Shown piece by piece: positions 55,916 through 64,000 of a stretch of DNA of 64,000 bases (its first letter is position 1; every line of letters begins with the position of its first letter). The notes under the pieces were generated by a model. It was not told where the DNA came from. It searched no databases and saw only the letters and a program-made list of their open reading frames with translations. The stretch comes from Albugo candida (taxonomy: Eukaryota): assembly GCA_040437565.1 (NCBI GenBank), contig JBDOQK010000061.1, forward strand, positions 124,001 to 188,000. The letters run 5' to 3'. Position numbers and translations under genes: made by a program.

Positions 55916-58250
55916 TTTAAAATGGTCTGAACTTCTCGGAATTGACTGGCCCTTCGATCGTAACAACGGATGCTTCTGGATTCTGCATCGGTGGTATTCT
56001 TTCGCAACGTATCAACGACAACGAGCACGCCAATGGGCTTTATTCGAAACATCTGGGAACCATGAATTAATTTGGCTAGCTCACTAGAAAGAGATGTTAG
56101 CCATCAACAATTCTCTAGAAAATTGGGGTCCGTGTCTCCACAGAAGACACTTTTCAGTCTATATCGACAATTCAGCGTGAAAGGGGATTCTACACCATCC
56201 AGAGGTGTCTCTAAAGATGGCACGTATGCTGACTTTCTTTTCCCACTTTTACTTTCTTTTACATCATGTGAAAGAACGGTCCAATGTTGTGGCCGACGCA
56301 TTTTCTCGTCCAGCAGTGTGTGGAGAGCATTCCAACGAGCCTGCTGCGCCCATTAACCATGTTATCGAAATATCGGGCGTCGAGCATGAGCGTACAGATG
56401 AGTGTTATAGATATATCAATCTTTTGGATATGCCCAAGGTTCACTCGGCCCTTATTCAGTACATTACGCTTGATGTCTCCCTACTCTTGCTCGACGATGC
56501 AAAGTTGCGGGAGCAGAATTGTCGGACAGGAGTCGCTCGGGAGCAAATCCACAACACCGACTTTCAGGTTCACGTTTTGCGCGCGCATCTCAGCAAAGAA
56601 GTGCGAAAAGCGATTCAGCAGGGATATCACAAATACAACTTTCAAAGTATATTGAAATCAAAGCAGGCGAATAAGAACTTCATAATCGGCAAAAGACTCA
56701 TGTATCTGAAGCAAGTTGATGCAATGAAGAAATTATGCATCCCAGACACGCCGGACTTAAAGACGAAGATTCTATAAGACCTTCACGATGCAGCCACAGC
56801 GACACACTCAGGAGCTCGCAGACCGTACATGAACTTAAAAAAACGGTACTACTAGCCAAAGATACCTGAGAAGGTGCATGAGTACGTCGAGACATGTCCA
56901 ACATGCGCTCGTTGGAAGTCAACAGGCAACGAAAAAAAGGACTGATGACTCCGGTCCCCATTCCGAAAAAATGCAAAGAAGTAGTGTCAATGGACTTCAT
57001 TACTAGGCTACCCGCGTTGGAAGGGTACGATTCTATTTGCGTCGTCGTAGACAAGCTGTCCGAGCGACCGATTTATGCACCAACGTATACGACTGCCGAT
57101 TCGAACTACACCGCAATGTGTTTTTTCCGACGCCGTATTCCGACATAATGGACTGCCGAAAGTTATCATCAGCGATCGGGATCCAAAGTTCACCGTAAAC
57201 TTCTGGAAATCTAACGAACATAATGGGTGTCAACTAAGCATGACGAACGCTCATAGGTCGCAAGTAGATGGACAAACAGAGCGCCAAGACTTGGTCTTAG
57301 AAGACGCATTATGCTGCCTGGTACCGTACAGCGGGAAAATTGGGCCAAGCTACTTGTTACCGTAGAGTGCGCACACGCCACCTCGTTGGACGCGCAAACT
57401 AAGCTCCCCCATTTGAGATCGATACTGGAAGAAAGGTATGCAACCTGATTTCCTTGAAGTTTTCCAAAGATCTTCAAGACCTCGTCCATAAAGCACGTGA
57501 AAACTTGGAACATGTCCAGGAAAGGCACAAGAAGTACTAAAGCTTTAATAAAAACGTTTTCTTTTTTTGTTACTATCATATTATTAACATCAGGTGCAAC
57601 TATAACGTTTTTATTTATAATAAATAATAATTTTATTACTGATATTATTTTATTTATTTTATCTCCTATTTTAACTTTTTCGATGCGAAAAGAACAAGCC
57701 ACACCTATAATGTAGGGAACTTAGTTCTGCTGTATACCAAGAACTTGCCACTCAAGACATTTAACGCTCATATTGAGTTGAAGAAAGCAAAGCTCTCGGC
57801 CAAAATAGTTAAAGCAACGTTCAAAATAATCAAGATAAATAACCCGACTTTAGCTAAGTTGAAGCTCTCGCGAAAAAAAAATGAAGAGACTAAACTCATC
57901 GTTCAACGTCGACCTACTCTCTCCATACAAACCGAATGCATCTGAGTTCGCGAGATGTCCGATACCGAAAGCATTACTCATTATCCTTGAGTCAAATACG
58001 GAAGACGAAGTGCACATTGTAGAAACGTTTCTTCGTTGTCGTCTGCAACTGCCAAATAGAATGGCTAGTAAAATGACATGGCCACCCGAATGTTAGGAGC
58101 GCGAGAAAGTTATCCGCCACTTTTTTTCTTTTTTAAAATTTTATTTAAATTAATAAAAAAAATTGTTCCAAAAGAATATATATAACGTTTCACATTGGCA
58201 GCGACTAGAACAGAACTTTTATGACCACCGACGCGAAGTCAAGTACGGGG
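55916..58250 (+). mobile_element. Ty3/gypsy pol remnant (RNase H, integrase, possible chromodomain)
   Basis: IVTTDASGFCIGGILSQ, SNVVADAFSR, LCIPD...LHD...H, VSMDFITRLP...VVVDKLS, HNGLPKVIISDRDPKF, SQVDGQTER and FNVDLL, in the RNase H then integrase order of gypsy. LTRs not identified. Confidence 0.88.
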
Positions 58251-58459
58251 ATATCTCAGGCCGCCTGGTACGCGCGACGAGATCCATCTGGGTAAAGATT
58301 ACACAACTAAATGCATATCGGATACGCCATGTCGTCACAGTCCTTCAAGAAATGACGTCACTACGAAGCTTTTAGAAGAAGGATAGTCTTAGAGGTAGCA
58401 CAGAGTAGCGAACTAAGGACCTAGATCTTTTCAGTTCAAAAAATATAACACGTGCAGCA

Positions 58460-58587
58460 CAAGCGAAGCTTGGAGCACTCTCTTTGTTGCCAAAGGCTTG
58501 TTTTCTGTGTTATTTATATTTGAGCCATGCCCTAGTGATTCTTGGAGGGCCAGAATAGTTACTGGTTTTAAGCGACACGCACTATAC
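58460..58587 (+). mobile_element. Right terminal fragment of a relative of the Tc1/mariner-type element
   Basis: CTCTTTGTTGCCAAAGGCTTGTTTTCTGTG...CTGGTTTTAAGCGACACGCAC-TA matches 24745-24868. Confidence 0.7.
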
Positions 58588-59530
58588 CACTTTGAGGGAT
58601 TTGAATTATCTGAACAGCCATCCTGCATCTCACATTCCACAATGTTTGGAAAACATGTTACCTGGTTCATAAGAGTGCAGTTTACAAGGAATGAATATTG
58701 TAGTAGTGGATACGAGTTCAACAAACNNNNNNNNNNNNNNNNNNNNNNNNNNNNNNNNNNNNNNNNNNNNNNNNNNNNNNNNNNNNNNNNNNNNNNNNNN
58801 NNNNNNNNNNNNNNNNNNNNNNNNNNAGTAGTGGATACGAGTTCAACGATCCGGCTTAATATTGTATGAATTTGAAGCTGTGGTATTCAATTCTTCTATA
58901 ACAAAGAATTTCGAAAAATGAACAAAACATCTGTTAATACTAGCACTTTGATGGATTAAGATTATCTCAACACCGTCGAGTATTTCATTTTCTACCATGT
59001 TTCAACCACTTTATCTAATTAATAGAATCAAACTGTATAAGCAATAGGTTTATGTGTAGTGGATCTTCCGAGTTCAATAGAATAGATTACTTGTGTATGA
59101 AATGAAAGCTTTTGTAATAAAGCCTCTTTCGTGAATGAATTTCTTGTATGAGCACTACCTGTTTGATGGATTTGGAATAGTGAACACCGTGACTGTGTCT
59201 CACTTCCTGTGTCTCACTTCCATGTTACCTGATTCAAGATAGTGCAGTGTACAAGTAATGAATATGGTTGTAGTGCAGACGAGTTTCACGAACTAGATCA
59301 GTATTGTATCAATTTAAGGATTTCGTTAGATATGCTGACATAATAAAAAATGTCAAAGTATGACCAAAAAAGCTGTTACTACTACGACATTGTTGGTTCT
59401 GGACTAATTGAACACTTTGCTGGTATCGCTCTTTCTACAATGTTCTGAAACCATGTAACCGGGTTCATGATGGTGAAGTGTTGAAGCAATGAATACTGTG
59501 AAAGTGGATACGAGTTCAACGAACTAGCTT
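58588..59530 (+). repeat. Degenerate tandem repeat, period ~230 bp, about 4 units
   Basis: CATGTTACC.GGTTCA...GTG.AGT.T..AAG.AATGAATA...TAGTGGATACGAGTTCAAC recurs at ~58654, ~59221 and ~59452, with a more diverged unit near 59000-59080. Confidence 0.7.
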
Positions 59531-59899
59531 TGATGGTTGACCGTTTTAGAGAAGGCTTTACGTGGATTACAATTTTGACTTACGTAGGGTATTTATAAGT
59601 AAAGCCAATTCATCTAACAACTGTACTAAGGACTTCATGAGCTACTGATTCAGTCGCGTGTTACCAAACGTTATCTCTTCTCTGTCAACAACATCAAGAG
59701 TATCGGGTGACGCTGTTTCAATCGTGACTACTCAAAATCCGTTCCAACTTTCTTGATTATCCTTTCTGAAAGAAGAAGTCATCAGAACTTGGACAATTAC
59801 TCACTCGACTGCGGCTTTGATTGAATCGTCTCAATAATATCAATTAGTCGTTATTATAGCTCTGTTCTTAGTTGCCTGAACTGACGAATCAGTGACGAG

Positions 59900-60900
59900 G
59901 TCCTTGATCATTTCTCGGGGCAATGATTTCTGTTATGTATCGTAAACGAGATCTTTGAAAACAGGCTAGTATTTATAGACAGGTACTTATAGTAGCGCTA
60001 CTTCAGTAAAATCAAGACCAAAATAGGTTGTCGTGAATAAAATCTCAATTATTTCATTCAACGAATATCACATCATAGGAATGCAGGAAGAGTTCAAAAA
60101 TATACCGACTCATGTTCCAGCAGCGCTGTTTGCTTCTGGGTGGAAAGTTCACCCGCATGGGCAACACTGCTGACTAGCGATGTACTCTTTATAAATTTAT
60201 ACCAGATTCTAAATTCAATAGACCTGAAATTTAAGTTGGCCAGTAAGGGGAAAACAAAAGATAATACTGTATCACTCGACAAGAACGAGTGTGAAACAGA
60301 CTATACATCTCTTCTGTGTGATTACACTTGAGATGTAACGCCCCCATCCCATTTGCAACACGTCTTCACTCATGGCTTCGATACAAAATCTCTGACTAAG
60401 CGAGGACGTGCAATGAACGAATGTAATCCAGAAGCCTATATGCCATAACGGCTTGATGAAATTACGCAACCATGAAAAATGGACAAGTGCATACATGCCA
60501 TTAAAACCTGAGGGGGAGCAACCCGCGGCAATTAAATCAAGATGAGAGATAGAAGTCTCCCTCTCAATTAATGAAGAGGCTAAAAAGGTATAGCACGATG
60601 TTTGCTCCATCAGGAGCACTACGTTTATCTATCAAGTCAACGGACCAATAGTACCAATACAATTCTCTCACTATTCTATCTTTAAAGTGTGGCATCCGAC
60701 CTTACAATGTCCGCGCATGCTTTATTATTTCTTGATCTACCTTGATGTACCAATTCTTCTAGCATAATATCCTAGCAGCTCATCCCATAGCGAGGTCGCG
60801 TCACATCTTCAGCAATAAAAATACAGCGACTTGAAACTACGATAAGGAATCTACCACTTTTTTCGACAAAACCTGATTTGTGTATCAAAACTTCAAAAGA
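59900..60900 (+). mobile_element. Possible very old non-LTR RT N-terminal remnant
   Basis: Only weak resemblance (IHAIKT.GGATRG, ISLFYL.SV) to the K.PG.D / RPISLL region of LINE RTs. Confidence 0.2.
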
Positions 60901-61099
60901 AGCGAAAGTACCATGTCTTCCATTCTGCTAAATCTAGACATGAACGTTATACCAAAACGAATCTTTTCACGGACGAAATTGTAAAACTTTGAAAAGCATA
61001 TCAGCCAAATCGTAGAAATATGCATAATATATTGCGATATCACAAGTGAGAGATTAGCCCTCGCAGGTGCGCTTCATTTAGCCGTAGTTATCGCATGTA

Positions 61100-62680
61100 G
61101 TGCAGTTGTACGTGGGGTTCTTTTCCAAGGCTTCTGTGGCAGCCTAAGACTTAATTCGCTTCGCCTTCTTAGGCCGGCCTCGCTTCTTTGACACCATGAG
61201 GGGATGATAATCTCGAGACGCGCCAATTCATCCTTCATCACGGATTGACTCATCTTCAACAAGGACTCGTAAGCACTACGGTAAACCTACTAGGTCCACG
61301 ACGCATCGCCAAAAATCTTGAGCAGCGAAGGCTTCTTGACGGATCGAAGGGTCGTATAGAGATGAAAGCATGGCTCTTTTACGTATCCAGAGTAGCCACA
61401 AGAACTCGGATCTTCAGAAATATCTAGATTGATAGAACACTCGACAGATAGCTCTCCATCTTTTCTAACCTTGACTACGAAAGATGACAGAAAACTCAGG
61501 ATGATTTTGATCTTGTAAACGACGAAGACAAAGCGCATGCACTCGGATTCCCTTGTTGCATAAGTCGTTAGTTCCCCCCACCAAAAAAGCCGACATAGCG
61601 ACGAAATCAACCCACTTGATCCCTATATACGTTTCCACCATCATAAGCTAGTCCAGAACTGGCTTCTCTATACCTCCAAGCAGGAATTTACTCACAGACT
61701 ACATGTTGTTGCTCGTCATGATCCCAAATCGCGGAAGTGAACTATAAACGGCAGCTCATTTGAGCTTGTCAGCATCGAGTAGCCATAACAGCTCCTTTGA
61801 ATTGATTTTCATTAAGCCACTGGTTCGCGATTTGAACTACGTAACCGTCAAGAAACTAGTAAGTCCAGTTCTTTCAGTGTTGCATTGTGAAATTCGGTGT
61901 TGAAGTTCTCGAGCACGTGACGAGCAGAAACGAATTGAGGGAGTCACCTACCTTCATAATCCTACATCGCCGTAATAAGACCCATTTGACTGCCGGAGAT
62001 GACAAATTGTGGCACTTCTATAAAGCGTAGCATCAGTTCTAGGAACCATGACCAACTGTCCTTAGTATCGCTTGACACCCAAGCGCATAGAACGTCTAGG
62101 CCATAGTTGTGCTATATGAACGTGGCACCTAGATTGATACCGCGATCTGCAAACGCGCGAAGCACATGATTGCCGGACTTGTATACGATGACGAATCGCC
62201 AAATTCACGAAACGCGACATGTGCCATGTGTCCGCACTTGTTCATTTCGTGTACGTTTGACAAGATGAACTCATACTGCGTGCGATCTGAAGAATTGTGC
62301 TTTTGCTCGGACTCACGCGACAACACAAGTCTGGTACGCCAATCGAAGCCCACCAGCCGTCAGCTTATTCTGCAGCTGGACTGGCTTCAAGACCCTTATC
62401 CATAACGAACTGGAGTGTCGAATCAAGCAAAGCGACACAGGAGGACTTGTTACCACGACTAGATTTGGATTGAGCCAAATCAACCCTCGTAGCGTCGCAT
62501 GTATGCTGCACGAACGTATGGGGCGGCTTAAATCCTCTTCTATACGTAGAAGCGCCTACGAAGCTGCGCTCTTGATCGCCACACAACACTTGTTGAGTCT
62601 GTGGTCGCTCGATATGATACGAAACGCCCTTTTAAGTATTTCGTTGTATTAATCACCGCATTTATATGTCGTCGTGACTG
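61100..62680 (-). mobile_element. MuDR-type Mutator transposase remnant
   Basis: The - strand reads CAWVSSDTKDSWSWFLELM...PQFVISGSQMGLITA...QFRFC (~61930-62090), matching the MuDR E..DSW.WFL...ISD.QKGL..A pattern. A SWIM-like KGIRVHA lies at ~61535-61555. No TIRs identified. Confidence 0.65.
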
Positions 62681-64000
62681 TCGTAGCCGCACGTCCGCCC
62701 AGTCGCTCGGTGAACAGCCGTTACTTCACTCGTGTGTCTCACCAACGTAGCCGTTGTTGTCGGCAGTCTTCACAGTCGCCAGATTTATATGTACGAAGAT
62801 AAGGCAGTCAAGATTGTCTAAATATCAGACGTTCTGGTATAGTTTACATATTTTCCAAACTCTGTTAAATACACCACTTCGCACAATACAACACCAGAAA
62901 GTATGGTTTGTGTACCACCAAAGTTTCGTTATACATATCAGTTTTATTTACGAAAAGTGGTAGAAAATTTTTACGCCCAGTTGAAAAATTTAAGGGTTGT
63001 ATATTTTGTGACTACGAGACGCAAATGTGACTTTATGATGCTGTGTAAGAATGGCGGACGCCGTACACTTACCTACAGCCGTGTGTCCGTTAGCAATTAT
63101 CTTTACGGTACCCAAACTACTCAAATAGGAGCCTCTGAAAAGGTTAGCTGGTTTTTGATGGTCGTTACTGCATTGCATAACATGTGTGATTTATCTACAA
63201 AAAAGTGAGATTGATACAACTCGCCAAACGAATAATTTAAATGAATACTTGATAAAAGCCTAGTCGCTATTTGGATAAGGAGAAAAACCCAAAATAATCG
63301 AAATGAGTTGATATCTCGTTTCATAGTGATCATTGAGGTAAGTTGCCTTCGCTCACTTTGCACACTAATTTTTCAAGTTCTTTGGCGAACTTTCGACAAG
63401 TCAAAATGTAATTCTTCGAGCCATTGATATTCGGATCCGGACGTTTGTGTAGAAATAAAGGCTCTTCTTTGGTAACTCCAGCGCCCTCCATGCCCATACC
63501 TTTTTGTATGCTATTTCAAAATCAGCGCTACGATCAAGTCCACATCATAGAAATTTGTAGATCTCTACCAGGATCTGACGTGTAGGTATCTTTCTTTTTT
63601 TCCTAACAAAGGACTTTATTTTTTGAGTCTGGTAACAACAGAAGGATGCAGCTTACAATTTTGAAATCCATAAGTGAAAATATTGGCATCATGTCATGAT
63701 GATATCTGAATTCTCGAGATTCAAACTCTAATAATTCAAATAGAAAAACCACAAAGCATTCTGAGTTAAACGAAGAGAAGATCCATACGTTTCGTATAAG
63801 AGCTTAGTCTAGCAAAATTCTACGAGATTAATCATAACGTCATGTTAGAAGACGTAAAAGGGAATCATGCTTTATGGTGAGGTGACTGGACTTTCTTTGT
63901 GACAACTGTTTTATCCTCTGAGCTGCTTATTCAGACTTGCATTATTGCGTGGTAGCGAAAATGAAGTGAATCTACGGTCGAATTGAGCCGATTGATCTTT

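Noticed and set aside
58588..59530. CRISPR-like array
   Set aside because: The units are ~230 bp and diverged along their whole length, with no identical short repeats or unique spacers. The context is eukaryotic and there are no cas genes.

Overview
Eukaryotic, intron-containing, moderately AT-rich sequence that looks oomycete (Albugo-like; this is inference from 45-65 nt introns, compact gene spacing and TE types). The first ~11.3 kb is a gene-dense block: the 3' end of an unknown CDS, the peroxin AAA-ATPase PEX1 (+), a class II lysyl-tRNA synthetase with a probable mitochondrial presequence (-), and a Sec1/Munc18 protein of the SCFD2/MIP3 type (+). The remaining ~52 kb is nested, decayed transposable elements: two LTR-bounded Ty1/copia elements, L1/Tx1-like LINEs, several Mutator-like elements and MITEs, one IS630/Tc1/mariner-type element, a Ty3/gypsy remnant and three copies of a tRNA-derived SINE. 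One intact intronless IQ-motif ORF sits among them. Nine of the eleven 100-N gaps are flanked by near-identical direct duplications, which are probably assembly overlaps. The best leads are: (1) a ~245-bp multi-hairpin SINE whose TSDs start with AGTAA; (2) a LINE family without a poly(A) tail whose 3' end is found twice inside that SINE's tRNA-like head; (3) a recurrent Mutator nesting site; and (4) a decayed ~230-bp repeat that seems to have encoded ~77-aa units. I found no CRISPR, rRNA or bona fide tRNA gene, and no convincing novel enzymatic system. All calls were made by eye, without database searches.
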